Part shown: positions 1 to 15,375 of the stretch, one piece after another
Layout: every line of letters starts with the position of its first letter
Position numbering within the stretch: position 1 is the stretch's first letter
NCBI GenBank assembly: GCA_973895155.1
Contig: OZ316893.1
Span: 12,168,359 to 12,232,358 of the forward strand
DNA from: Marsupella aquatica
Taxonomy: Eukaryota > Plantae > Marchantiophyta
Direction: 5' to 3'
DNA length: 64,000 nucleotides
Program-made: the position numbers and the translations under genes
Notes under the pieces: model-generated
The model's input: only the letters and a program-made list of their open reading frames with translations
What the model was told of the DNA's origin: nothing
Databases searched by the model: none

Positions 1-606
1 GTCCGTCCCCAGCAATATCATTGCGAAACCTGCAGCGTTTCGGATTCAAGTACCAATTATGCTTCACTCGGTACACTTCTTGGGGACTTTGTCAAGATCT
101 GTCAACATTTGCGACAAGTTTTCAAGAGGCTAGAAATTGAAAGCAACTTGTAAACAGCAGAATTATCCCCACAATTTGTCAAAGTAATGGTTTTGCTACA
201 TCTCACTGAGTTGTACTCCATTGACATAGGAGATGTTCGAGTAACATCAATTTGAAAGGGGAGACTGAATTTGTCAGCCCTCACCGAAAATTCCTCGCCA
301 CTTCAGGATTTTGTACAAATTGAGAGTGTAGATGTCGAGGGTGTTGACTCTGCTGGCAGCATAGCAGGCATTCAAGCCTACAGAATCTAGAATCAGCTGA
401 CCGTTTAGGAGGAATGATTGACACTCGGGAGCTATGACTCACTTCGATGCCTATTTTCTAAAATAACAAGAAAAACACTCGAGATTTAGGGGGCTCATAC
501 CTCAAAGGATGAATTCTGGGAGAACAACACAACTTCCAGGTGGAGTGCGTCATGGTATTTGGCATTAGATGTCTGAACAGGAGAACTTGGGAGAAAGAGC
601 ACAGAA

Positions 607-750
607 GACTGAAAGACTAGGATTCCTTATAGAGCTCAGACTAGAAGACTAGGATTCCTTATAGAGCTCAGACTGAAAGACTAGGATTCTTGATTGAGCT
701 TCCTTATCGAGCTCACAATGAAAGACTAGGATTCTTGATTGAGCTCAGCT
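607..750. repeat. Short tandem array of ~30 bp units (GAAAGACTAGGATTCCTTATAGAGCTCA)
   Basis: Four imperfect copies of aagactaggatt(c/t)...gagctc visible directly. Confidence 0.8.
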
Positions 751-1890
751 CCTTTATTCCAATTCCAGAATGGGACATCAATTTAGTCCATGTCTATGCT
801 GCACTGCTGTCTTGCTTCTCTCAAGTACATTCATAAAGCATTGTCTCAATAAAATCTCCTAATGGATCAAATAGTATGAGGAGTACATGTGAATAATGAC
901 AAAGAGAATGCACTTTCTCTAACTTACACCCCCAAAAGGGAACGAAGATGTGTGGCCCTAAGTACATCTTATCTCTAACTAATCAAGCTTTAAAACCTAA
1001 CCCAAGTAAGGCCAAAATAACAATTGAAAACTAGAGTCAATACTTTGTCACACTGGGTATTTAATGCCTAGTAACCAAACCCACTTGCCCGGTTTGGACT
1101 TGCCGGAAAGTGAGGGGTCTGGACCCCGTCATCCATCACACCTGGTTGTCACAACCGCCCGGTCACCCAGGGTCAGGGTTGCGGCCAGGTGGTGGGGTCG
1201 GGCCTGGTGGCAGGATGATCAGGCCAGGCTGGGCGGCGGGAAGGGGTTTGGGAGTCTAGGGGAGTCGGGGACCGGGCCGGAAGGGAAGGGAAGGGAAGGG
1301 AAGGGAAGGGAAGGGAAGGGTGGGAACAACAGGTCAGGGAAGGGGAGTCCGGGGGAGCCCCAGGCTGGGCCGGGAGAGTTCGGGACCGGTTGGGGAATAC
1401 AGGCAAATATGCGTCATTAGGCCCCTTTTTGGAACTGTAATGTGAGGAGTTTATGGGTTGGGCAACTCATAAACCAAGTTGGGTTGGAGATGCTCGCAGC
1501 ACTGGGAGTGAGAGATTTAGTAGTATTCTTGTCTTGTCTTGTCTTGCCTTGCTATAAAACAGAGCACGTGGAGGTGCACTGCAGGAATTTTGGGCCCCTC
1601 TAATAAGCATAGATATGATAGAATGGTGCAAGGCTGCAACCTGTTTCGAGCTTTTCTGAGAAAGATTCCTGCTGATTCTCAAGGACAGCATGAGTGCTAC
1701 TGAGTGCTGACCAATGACTGAATTGAAAGTCTCACTTCCTGGAAAGAAGAAAGAATTTTCTGGAGTCTGGACACCCACAAGACAATGGAGGTAGTGATTG
1801 CTCTGAGCCAGTGGCCTTCGCTGTTCGGCAGTGAAATCAGCTGACTCTATTCGTTGGTCTGAATGAGATACTTTTCTTTCAATGCAATAG

Positions 1891-1892
<2 letters not shown>

Positions 1893-1934
<42 letters not shown>

Positions 1935-2032
1935 TTTCTTGGGGTTTTTGGAAAGGAGGGGAGAAGTGAGATGGTGGGACTCTACTCGTCGGTCTGAAGT
2001 AGATGGTATTCTCTTAGTGCAATACAGAAACT

Positions 2033-2078
<46 letters not shown>

Positions 2079-2228
2079 TCGGGGTTTTTGGAAAGGAGGT
2101 GATGATAGAGATGGTCTACTCGTTGGTCTCAAGTAGATAGTATTCTTTTAGCACCAATCTAGAGAAACTCTCAGAGAGAAGGGGTTTCCTCGGGGTTTTC
2201 GAAAGGAGGGGAGGAGGAGAGAAGAGAG

Positions 2229-2237
<9 letters not shown>
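1893..2237 (+). repeat. (GA)n tracts plus a triplicated ~130 bp unit covering the AK6 start-codon region
   Basis: ggggtttt(t/c)gaaaggaggg...gagatggt occurs at ~1941, ~2081 and ~2192; GA microsatellites at 1893-1930 and 2037-2071. Confidence 0.8.
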
Positions 2238-4133
<1,896 letters not shown>

Positions 4134-5044
4134 GTATCCACTATCCATATTCCTATTGTGGATTAAATTTTGAACGGAATCCAGACTTGGTGCTATGTTT
4201 GAGATTGATTCTAAAGGTCACTCTGGTTGGCAAAGCTGTACGTTTGTGCTTCTGTGCTTGAGTTATTTGATCGTCTTATCTCAGACTAGCAAATATTACC
4301 TGTACAATCAGCTGTCCTGCAATTAAACGCACTTGTACATGTCAGTGCCTGCCCTCCTTCACCCTCCCTGCACCGGTTTAACCGGAACCAATCCACAACT
4401 GAGTAGTAATTTAGTGTTCGCCCTATCACATACTTTCCCTTGATAGCCAGTCTCATGCAGTGCTTTTCCCAAGCTCTCAACGGCCTATACTCGATCCACA
4501 TTTAAAAATCTCTCTTCGGATCCCCACTACACGTAAATGCCTGTCAGCCTCATAAGAAACATTGCACCTTTGGTCAACATGGAATCAATAGAAAGCTGGT
4601 AAACAATTTACATCAGAGCGTCTTGCATGAAAGATTGAGATTACTCCTGTAATGTACTGAAATCATGAAACTGCCTGCAATTTTAGGCATAACGAAATAC
4701 CCCTCTTGTTTTCCTGGCTGCACTCTGTTCCATAACTTTGCTGGACCCAAATTGTCGGACAACGTTTAGAAAGGATGACCACCTTTCTACGACCGACCAC
4801 ATACTTTAAGGGTCCAGTTAGCTCAGCTGTTACGTGGTTCTGATACCGACTGTTTCCAACCATGGCAACACGGATAGAACCTGTGAAGGGAGCCAACTGT
4901 CTCGCCATGCACACTGCGAATGTCAAGGGCCTCATTTCTTTCTGCATCCGGCAGTTAGATTCAAGTGAAGGTGATTCAATGAAATGACTGGACAGCAGTG
5001 GGGTACGGGTAGGGAGCCCACCAATACGAGGAATAGTGCACAAT

Positions 5045-5092
5045 GTGGAGGACATCCGTAATTACGTTCTCTAAATTACGGATGTCCTCCAC
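5045..5092. repeat. Perfect 19 bp inverted repeat with 10 nt loop
   Basis: gtggaggacatccgtaatt (5045-5063) / aattacggatgtcctccac (5074-5092). Confidence 0.9.
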
Positions 5093-8000
5093 TCTAAATA
5101 GTCCTTCGAATGGGTCTCACTGGCTTCGTTCTGAATTATGTATTGTGTACTTGCAATTATTGGATTGATCTGGCTTAAGTTCTGATCAGTATGAGTGTCC
5201 TTTGTTTAAGGCATTTTGCTCTTGAACGTCACCTGGAATCTAGTCTACAAGAAAGGATCCCATCTGCCAGAATCTGATATTGCAATACGAGCTCATATAG
5301 CCGTTTGTTAGGCCTTGTCAAAGGTGGAAGTCTAGATTACTGTAGATCTCTTGTGTTGTTGCTTTGGAAGAAGCAGACTGCACTCCGAGACCTTGATTTT
5401 CAGGAACTGATTCCGTTATGAGAGTATAAAATCGACATTCAAAAGTGCAAAAGCGGAATTAACGTTTGTCTTGTTCATACAAGGTTACAGTTTCCTTTCC
5501 CTGCATAAATTTTGGGTTGAGAGATTATTTGTGTGATTCGACCACCAACACGGACGTCTCTGTGTACTCCCGTAGTACATGCATTTCGGAATGTCAATTG
5601 GAAAATCGCTTTCAGCATTTGCATGATTGACATGAAAGGAAGCGAAAACATTTTCGTCCCATCTGAAGTACAGTTGGTGAGTACTTCACGACGATTAGCG
5701 AGTACCTCTTCACAACACAGTCCCACATGAGACACATGGTGCCCCAAAGACAGTTTAAGACTGTGTACGTGATTTTGAGCCCCCACAACAGTTGGATTCC
5801 GTCAGCACATGCTTCATAACCACCATTTCCGAAGTCAGAAAATATCAAAACAGCGCAAGCACTCATCCACTGCTCCGTTATCACTTTTTCAGATTCCTGT
5901 TGTACTAACTTTCATTGTGGAAGCAACCCTAAACTCATCACAGTGGAGATCATGAGGTTGCTGCGACAAGTAAACAAATCTCCTCATGCAGACTCCGTTC
6001 AAGGTAATAGGACGACGTGAGCTTCTCCGCCTGATGGAGAGCCACTTTCCCACATGAGACATTGATGAGGAGACCGTAGTACAACTAAACTCTCCGTCAG
6101 TTTCAGAACACTATGACAGACGCAGAATCATTTCATCCCCTTCTTTCCACGAGAGATGGCAGAGAAAATCCACGAACTGTTATTGTTCTATGCTGGATTA
6201 TTCTGGCAATTCTGTTTCTCTGAACACGAGCAGAGTCTACAGTACAATCATGCAATAGATCCGTCTGATGATTGCCCCATAGGCACAGAACAACTTACTT
6301 CCTCCATACATTAACGACTGGAGTACCTTTATCCGTTCTGTTGATCCATTGATGAGCTGGATTTAGAGCTTGATGTAGGTACTCTCCCGTCTGTGGGGCC
6401 AACTAGACAACAACTTACTGTATATTATCCTTCGAGGAGATTGAGGGTGCAAAACAGAGAGAGTACAGCTCGAGGAATGTCAGCTCCGATGACGGCAATC
6501 ATTTACCATCATGCCACTTATTATTTCGATTGTTTCTTCAGACTTCGCAGCATTTAGAACCTGCACTTGCTGTCAGAACTGATCTTGACTCAAATTTGCA
6601 TTTACTTCACATTGAAAGAATGAATTTGATACCTTCTTCAAAGGCTGTTTCCCCTTCCTTTAGTTATTTAAATTGATTTGACACACAGAATCCAGGGAGG
6701 GCTGGAGGCCTTATTTACGGGTTTTTTCTTTAGACTGCCTTCTTTACGGGTTTAGACTGCCTTCTTTACTGGTTTAGGCATTCACTATTGGTTGTATGAG
6801 TGAGGGTTTAGGCATTCACTGTTGTTGATATGGGGGGTGAGGCTGCTGGTGTTATGGACTCTAGTCAAATATTAGTGTGACCCTCCTATGTAGTTTGCTC
6901 AGGAGCTCTACCAGACTTTTCAGTTTGCCTACCAGTAGGGTTTAACTCTTCAATTTTTTATTGTTGCTGTCTAGCCGGGACTCTTGGGATTTTGGGCTCG
7001 ATTGGCTTCCTGGGTTTTTCCATGTTTCCTCTCCCTCCCCTCCACTACTAATGATTTCCTCTCCACTACACTCCTATCTGAGCCATAGGGGCCAAATGCT
7101 GCCTTTTGAAAATATTGTTCAGACATCTGTCTAGTACCATAATGTCCATGCCTTGCACACAATTGTTGTTGCAGCCATGTGGTGGTTGTGAATTTAAAGT
7201 GTTGTCAAGAATGGGTACACAAGTTTAGTGACTGTGCATAATTGTCATTCCAGTCATGTTGTTGAGGCTAGTAGGAAGTATCCTTTTAAATACTGAGAGC
7301 CAAGTCTCTACACCCTACCTTCAACAATTTGCTATCATGGCCATGTGCGGACTTGGGTGTAGAGCAAGGCCTTATCCCCTAGCTTCTGTCTTCACCTTTC
7401 TATACAACAGATGTCCGTAGGGATCAAGAGGGCTCAGGCAATCACAATTCTTTGCAGGGCTGAACTGTTGGTTTGGGGGCCTCTAGGAAAATTCCTCTTT
7501 GTTGCAGTTTACCCCTGCCAAGGCTTTACCAGGCTTTTCAATTTGCTGCTTGGTAGGAATTTAGTTTGCTTTTATGGGGACTCTTATAGGGGGCTTTTGG
7601 ACTCTTTGGTCATCATAGTTTTTCCAGGAGTTCTTCCCTTGTTTCTCTCCTTTAAGGGGTCTCTTGCCACTGGGATCCACTTTCCAATTTGATGCATTTT
7701 GTTCTTTGGCCAAGTGATATCACTGTATATATACTAAGGGCCACCACATTCAAGTCATGGTGGATCACTCAAGAGCCAAAAACCCCTAGAGTCCCAAACA
7801 AAGGTTTAGAACAAAGACAGACAAGGATTGTAGCCCTATTGAGCACCTATTTAATTAATCCGTGGACCCCCATGTTCATCCAAAGAATGTGTGTGTGATG
7901 AAGTGAAATCAATTTCCAGCAAGGCGGTAACCGCTGGTTTGGAGTCTCCCGATGGTCTTGGTGTGTGCTCGTACAAAAAAGAACCCTCAAAAGATAGAGG

Positions 8001-8509
8001 AGATTGATCTGGTTGAGAAGATCTCTCTGGTTTATCAAATGAAAGATTGAATGTGGAAGAATTAAGTTTTTAGACAGTTTTCGCTTACACATTGGAGAAA
8101 TCGTATTTTTACCATTCCTAATTGATCATCGATGAGTTACATTGAGCGATAAAAAAACATTACCGTCACAAGACAAACTGGAGGACAACACTCAGTTGTT
8201 GGCAAAAGAACGCTTGTCGTTTTGGTGGAAGAACGAACAAAATGGACGAGCCATCACTTCACATGAAGGTTTTGTAGTTTTTTTATTTAAGAAAGTTATG
8301 GTGTGAGGGGGAGACCAGCGATTGTTTCTTCGACATAGAGGCTACATTTGGCGTCAACCTGTGTTCAGAGTGAGCTTTAGTTGAAGACTGGAGGGATGTG
8401 AACAATTCAAGCCGAGAAGCAAACATTGCGGACAAGCGATGGCGACGTAATCAAATAAATCAATTTGCAATGGCTAAGTTTGTGACGATGATGAGATTTA
8501 ACATCTTTT

Positions 8510-8990
8510 AAATCGAGAAAGGGTTTCCAATGAGCCTCAGATTGACAAAATTTGTCAAATTCCAATTCTCTGCCTTTCTAATAAATGTGACAATAAGAAA
8601 TTTTGATCATGAGTTCATGGATTCTTTTAGCTTTCCAACATTGAGTCCGACATTGACAAATTTCATGTCAGATTTTGTCACGATACTAAAGAGATCATGA
8701 GGTTTTCAATCTCTCTAGCTTTCTAATGTGAGACATTGAGAGTATTCAAATTAGAGAGATTATAAGTATCCAAATTTCTCTAGCTTTCCAATGAACCCTA
8801 ACATTGATAAATTTTGTCAAGTACTAAGGAGATGATGAGTTTCTAATTTTACTCTAGCTTCCCAATGAGTGTGACATTGAGAGATTTTATCAAGATATTA
8901 CTAAAGAGGTCTGAGATTCTAAATCTTGATCTTGAGCTTTCCAATGAATCAAACATTGACAAATTTTATCAAGTACTAAGGAGATTGATT
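8510..8990. repeat. Degenerate ~60 bp tandem array (TAGCTTTCCAATGA..GACATTGACAAATTTTGTCAAG), probably a transposon subterminal repeat
   Basis: About 7 recurring (g)tttc(c/t)aa(t/c)...acattga units. Confidence 0.65.
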
Positions 8991-10693
8991 ATTTAGGTTT
9001 ACAATGTGGAGCCAAAGGGGTTCTAACTATGTTCATTTATATCGATTGGTTATTTTTCCAAACTTGCAAACATTTAAAAAATACAAGCATTTTGATATAA
9101 AACATTGATATATCATTGATGAATATCATAATGGTAACTTTATTTTACTAAATAACATCTCTTTGTTTGTATTCTGGTTTTTTTATGCTTAATATTTATG
9201 GCTCGGAGCCCCAAAACTTACATTGCTTTTGCCACAAACATGAATGTGTGCTTTTGCTACTGTCAAAAATATTATCTGTCTTGTTTGTGGCTGGTTGTGC
9301 TGATGTGGCGCAACTTCATGGCAGGGAATTTGCCAGGGACCTCTCATGGGGGTCCATAACTAAAAATCCTGGTAGAGCTCTGGAGTAAATCATATAGGAG
9401 GGTCACAAAGAGCAATTTGACAAGAAGCCTTAACACCAAAAGCCTTGGCCTTCAGGATGAATGATAGTGAGTGCCCAAGCCTTCATTAGAGCCCAAAGAA
9501 ACCACTGAGTGGGGGATGAGCCCTTGGCCCTAAGCAACAAATTACAAAAGCCCAAAATAATAAGAATAGGGTGAACAACCAAGTGGAAAACAAAAGAACA
9601 ATGTTTCTTTGCAGATTGTTAAACAATAAAATACACATTTTCAATCACTGCTTCTACAAGCCAAATTTGAATGAGTTTGTTTATTCAAGACACATGTCCA
9701 AATGATATAGAATGAGCCCATAATGAAAGGCCGCTGGCCAAAATTTTAATGACATCGTAAAATCGACACGTGCCCAGAGTGTATAAAACGAGCCCATAAT
9801 ACTGGAAGGGGACTGGTCCTAAAAAAACAGAAAATGCCGGGAAAAAGAAAGTCACACGTGTACACATTGGATAGAACGATCCCTTGATGAGAGGGCACTC
9901 GCCCTTCAAAAACAGAAAATGCCAGCTTCATGAGATAAAAGCGAACAAGATAAAGCCTTCACAAAGTGCTGGATAGGGACTAGATAATGCCTCTTGCTTG
10001 GTGGGGTGGGACTGTGGAAGGCGGCTGGGTAGTTTTTAATGTTTTTTTTCTTTCCAACACGGTACCCAATGTCTTTATGTGTATAAAAAACATACTAAAA
10101 TATTCCATATATAAGTTTATTAGATTTATTTGTATGTTATATCTATATTAAAAAATAATCATGAGATTCTAGCTCATGTGTATGGTTGGGTGAAAAACTT
10201 GATTTTAACTGAGACAGGATTAGGCCACGGTTCTCTCACACGGAAACATATGAAATGATACGAGTCTAAGCACGACAAGATCCAAACCAAAGAATGGTCA
10301 TTTTTAAGGGTGTTTTTTTCCACGAGGGTGCTAATGTCAATTTCTGTAAAAGCAACGATGCTAAGAATTCCTCACCAAATTTCCTAATTAATCTCTGACC
10401 TTTATACATTTCTGAATATAGGGATAACCGTCAGATTATTGGGATGTGTCTAGGAAACAGGAAAAACCTAGCTAATTTTTGCCAAAGTGGCAATGACTTT
10501 TGAGTGAAGTGGAATCTGGCAAATTTTTGCCAACTAAAAATACACTGATGGGTTGAAAGACCTCACACGAAACATATGAAATGAGAGGAGTCTACTGACC
10601 ACAAGATTCAAAGTGAGAAAATTCATGTGAGATTCATTTCTTCAAGAGAACAAAGAAAGGGAGGTATATACTTGAAGGACCCCAAAAAATCAG

Positions 10694-10775
10694 AAGTGTT
10701 AACTTGATGGAACCCTTCGCCATTGATAGACCTTAAATGTACCCAAAGTCTGAGGGGTTCCATCAGGTAACACTT
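10694..10775. repeat. Imperfect inverted repeat, MITE-like; related segment at ~11600-11740
   Basis: aagtgttaacttgatggaacccttcg vs tgaggggttccatcaggtaacactt; the internal ccattgatagacct is shared with ccgttgatagacct at ~11673. Confidence 0.55.
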
Positions 10776-12339
10776 TTCATTGTAGGGCTCTATATAGCAC
10801 ATACCTGGAATAAAGGAGCAGTGAATCCAAACATTCTGCAGCCTTTAAAGTAGAGCTATCATTACCAAGCTCCCATCCAGCCTAGTCGATGACACATTCA
10901 ACACGGCAACAAGCTTTTTCATTGAAGGCAATCATATCCAGAATATTAGAAAGTAAAAGAAAGGGACGAATCTTACGAACAAATCTAGGAGGTGATCTAG
11001 GAGGTGAATACATTGTGTCAACGACAAAGGACAGGAAATTGAGGTAGATGGAGGCTTGAAACGAATAAAGCAATCACCCACTTTGGTGGTGGGCTCTTCT
11101 CCTCCATGGCCACGCGCTTTGGGACGTGGGGGGGAGGGGGGCGGTGGGAACATGTTGAGGTCGACTATGGTAGCATGGGCATGGGTCAGTCAAATGCTAA
11201 GGGTTGGTTTACACGAGGTAGGGGGCACTTGTGACTTTCCTTTGTTCACTTTGTTCACCAAAGCAAAAGCGGTGGATGGCTTTCTAAACACAGTCTAGAC
11301 CCAAAAGCATTTGAAAAGAAGTTCAATGAATGAATAAATTTAAGAAATGGCGCCCAGTGCAAAAATTTGAACTCCCAAAATTGGTGGGCTGGAAGAATTT
11401 GCTAAGACCCACTCCGCGTAGAAATGACACATTATTTGGCCAGCGCCTTCCGTGCTCTGGCCCTGATAACATGATAAAGACCTGAGAAAAAGAGGAATTT
11501 ACACTGATATCCAGCCTATGCACAAGATAGGATCCTGGTAAACCTCTCCTGTAGTTTTAGGGAGAGAGATATGCTTAGTAGACCTCTTTCCGGAAAAAGT
11601 TTGCTTAATCAACCCTCTCGATATTTTTCCCCAATCTGGACTGTTGATAGACCTTTCGATCTCAGATCTGGACCGTTGATAGACCTCAGGGGGTCAATCA
11701 AGTAACAAGTTTCATTTTGGGGGTTGATCAAGTAAATACCTTGTTTTAGAGACGGCTGTGAGCCAAAACCCCACTGCCAACCTGGACTGGGGTTATGAGA
11801 TTTAGGCCCTTCTGGCTAGCCTGCCTGGATTGTCATATATTTTCAGACACAATTCTCTGGTCAAAATATAACAAAACTACACTCAGGGCTCAAACTTGAG
11901 TTGATCCACAGCCACTTGGGGGTCATGGTTGTAATTCCCTGGGGGGCTCGGATTACATCACCGTGGAGTTACCCTCCAAGTATAGGGTAATGACTGTTTG
12001 GTCTGGGGTTATTGGCATATAACCTTGTGACCAAAAAGAGAGTAAATGTTGACTGAGGTAACCCAGAAGTTTTTCTGAGTTTTTATGGGAATAGGTTTCA
12101 GAGTAGAACTCCATCCCAAACACTCATTATCACATCTAATACCTGTTCAGGATAAGACTTTCAGGACACAGGGTTATAGAAATGATAATATCTAGTAGTA
12201 AAGATTACACACCTGGAAATGGTAACATTTAGTAGAAAAGGTTACATACGGTATCTTTGGGTTATAGAAATGGTAACATTTAGTAAAAAAGTTACATACT
12301 GGTATTTTTTTTCTTGACAGGAATTAAGTTTCCAAGAGG

Positions 12340-13060
12340 TGATGGCACCGTCAACCACTACTGTGACGGCACACCGTCGTCTGCCGTTGGTCATTCCATG
12401 TGATCCCCACGGGCCCTGACAGCGAAGCCCGAATCATTTCCTCCTATCTGCATGCCAGCCCGTCCCTCTCCATCCCATTCGATCAGACTGACGAACGTTT
12501 TGCCGTTCCTGGGCAGACACCGTTCGTTCCCGAGGGTCAAGGCGACGGCACATCATCGCCAGCCCGTCCGGTCAGACCGTCAGACTGACCAGCTTCTTCC
12601 CTTCCTTTGTTCGGGCAGGTGATTAGTCCATTCTCTTCGGTCGGACTGACAAACGTTTCCTAGTTTTGCCCGCGGGCACACAGCGCGTCGCCGGCCCGTC
12701 CCTATCCCGCACACTCGGTCAGACCGGAGAACTTCTCTCCCTCTTTGCCCGCGGGCAACAGATTTGGGTCCAGCCCGTTCGGTCAGTCTGACGAACGTTT
12801 TTCACTTCTTTTCTTGGTAGTCTTTATGGCAAAGGAAAACCAAAGGGCACAACCTTTGTTCGGTTTGCCCGCGGGCAGACAGCTCGTACCCTTGGCGAGT
12901 CTTTATGGCAAAGGAAAACCAAAGGGCACAACCTTTGTTCGGTTTGCCCGCGGGCAGACAGCTCGTACCCTTGGCGACGGGAAATAAAATCATCGCCGAC
13001 TCAGCCCGGACCCTCGCTATCTCTCACATTCGGTCTGACCGTCAGACTGACGGACTTAGA
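12340..13060. repeat. GC/CpG-rich repeat cluster containing an ~80 bp direct tandem duplication (~12819-12977)
   Basis: agtctttatggcaaaggaaaaccaaagggcacaacctttgttcggtttgcccgcgggcagacagctcgtacccttggcg occurs twice; recurrent ggtcag(a/t)c..ac and tttgcccgcgggca motifs. Confidence 0.8.
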
Positions 13061-14753
13061 GCATCTCCAAACGTTGCTGCAAATACCTGCCTGACAACAT
13101 TTTTTTGTTAGTTTATTGTAAATAGGAGAATTGATCAAATGAGAACGACCCATGCCCTTATTGAATAAATTTTACTCCACATTAGAAATAACATCACCTT
13201 AGTCTCAATCCTGAAAACTTAATTAGTAGCCCTATAGAAAGTAAAATTGTACATTAGGGGGCCTCAATATTGAGACAGCTACATTTATGGGGCTTCTGTG
13301 CCAAACTAGTCAGAAAAATGAAGGCCAGCCCTTACACTGGTTAACGCAGTAGCCACCCATCTTCAGGGTTTGTAGGAGTGTTGACAATGTCAGCACCTCA
13401 AAAAGACTTCAAGGGAACAATATTATGCACCAGCCTCTTTGCAAAGCACCTCCATGCACGAGCAAACCCCATGATCAGGCAGCGACAAACACCATAATCA
13501 AATGCAAGAGGACTCTGGCAAGGAGTGCAGCTTTGGTCAGTGCATTTTCATTCTGATAATCAAATGCAAGAGGGCACCAACAAGGAGAGCAGCTACTCTG
13601 GTCATTTGGGCGCCATGGGACCTTTCAAAATCGCAGTCCCTAAAGTGAGAGTGCCTGGGACACATGCCCATAAGTGTAAGGATGGTGTATATTGTCTCCA
13701 AAACACAGGTCCAATAACCCTGTGTTTGAAAGTCTGATAACCTTAAGGTAGCTTTCCAAGACCTTGGAACCTTTTCCTTTTTTTCTGGAGTGATCAAGTT
13801 GGACGTGACTTTTTGCCTTAAAATAACTTGGTTCAGTCAACACCTACTTACAATAAGGCTTTCCAGTAATGGTTGGAAAAACTCTTATGTAGTACCCACC
13901 CAAGCCAAATGAGAGAGCATAGCTTTTACCTACCATAGTGATGATTAGGTTTGTGCAGACTATATTAAACACAATTGTGTGAAAGTTCATAGTCCTTTGC
14001 ATTATAGCGTCATTTCTATACATCCTACCAAGTGAACCTTTTTGTTTCTTTCCAAAGAGTGTGTATGGCTGGAATTTTTTTCAAAATGCAGTGCAAAAAG
14101 GACCAAATTTTCCTTGTACCCAAAAATTAGGTTTTGATCAGCTGGCAAAAACTTCCCACAGCGGCTCACTGAAAAAGAAAGTGAGAAAGCTGGTTTGAGA
14201 TGCCCTATTTGGCCCCCTGTCTCCAGGTTTGGAGCCATTTGCACCCTCATATATAATTCAGGCCCCTAGCACATGCTGCAGGCCACCTAAAATCTGCTTT
14301 TCCAAAAAATTTCAAACATTACTGACTCGCACAGTCAGTGCACCGTTGCCCGCTAATGTGCTGTTGCCCTTCAAGATCGAGTGATCGGCGCCATTCTAAA
14401 ATGGGTGTTGACTTGACCCACAGGCACATATTGTGATCCATCCCCAACACCCCTAGATTAAGTTTGCCTGAAAAGTTGGGTTCTGGTCAGTATCACAGAC
14501 AGAAATTTCCCCCTGCAGCTCACTGACAGATGTTAAGGAGCTCATTTGAGATGTCCTACTGGAGCTCCTGTCTCCTTGGTTGGAGCTTTTAGTGGAAGAG
14601 TAAACATTTTCTTAGTTAGAGAGGGGGCCAAGCATAGGACAATGAAGGGAGAGCAAAAATGGTCCAAAGAAGACAAACACTAAAGAAGAGGCAAATGCAA
14701 ACCCCTAAATCTAGAAAGAGGAAAAATGAAAACAAGTGTAAAATGTCATTTTT

Positions 14754-15018
14754 GTTTTTAAGTATATTGCCACTAAAGATGTTTGAATTTACAATACTGT
14801 CACAGTAATTTTTTTGTATATACAAAAATGTCATGTTTTAAGTATATAGTTCATCAATTTTTTTGTATATACAAAAATGTCATGTTTTAATTATATAGTT
14901 CATCTGGTTACCTTGGTGAACTTGTCAGCCATATACAAAATAATGACATTTTTATGAATACAAAAAAAATGGCAGTATTGTTAATCAGACCATCTTTAGT
15001 GGCAAAGTACTTAAAAAC
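14754..15018. mobile_element. AT-rich MITE-like foldback with ~80 bp terminal inverted repeats
   Basis: gtttttaagtatattgccactaaagatg... matches the reverse complement of ...catctttagtggcaaagtacttaaaaac; inner arms tttttgtatatacaaaaatgtcat / atgacatttttatgaatacaaaaaaa. Confidence 0.7.
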
Positions 15019-15164
15019 TGTTTCTATTTTATTCACAAGGCAGAGTTTAGGAAGTCAAGCACCGGGAAGCCTCTGCCCTCGGCTCTTCACAAGAGATGCC
15101 GTCACGCCTGCCTGAGGAGCTCAGTGACTCTCATTGAATGATATTATTACATCAGTTATTTGGA

Positions 15165-15375
15165 GGGCTGCAAAACAAAGAGTCTATCACATGCAAGTTG
15201 TTAAACAAAGAGTCTATCACATGCAAGTTGTTTTGAGTGCTGCAAAACAAAGAGTCTATCACATGCAAATAGAGTTGATAACGACTTTTTTTAAGGGCGG
15301 CAAAACAAAGAGCTGACCACATGGAAGCTATTATGAGGGCTGCAAATCAAAGGGCTATTATGAGGGCTGCAAATA
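15165..15375. repeat. Tandem repeats AAACAAAGAGTCTATCACATGCAA (x3) and related GGGCTGCAAA units
   Basis: Directly visible; they explain the repetitive KQRVYHMQ ORF. Confidence 0.8.

Noticed and set aside
1-600. Possible minus-strand exon(s) at the window edge
   Set aside because: A donor-like site lies near 500, but there is no convincing open frame or homology
1064-1420. 118 aa Gly-rich ORF
   Set aside because: Produced by a GC-rich repeat with a (GGGAA)n microsatellite; no domain evidence
13200-14260. Possible transposase fragment
   Set aside because: No catalytic motif could be recognised in any frame
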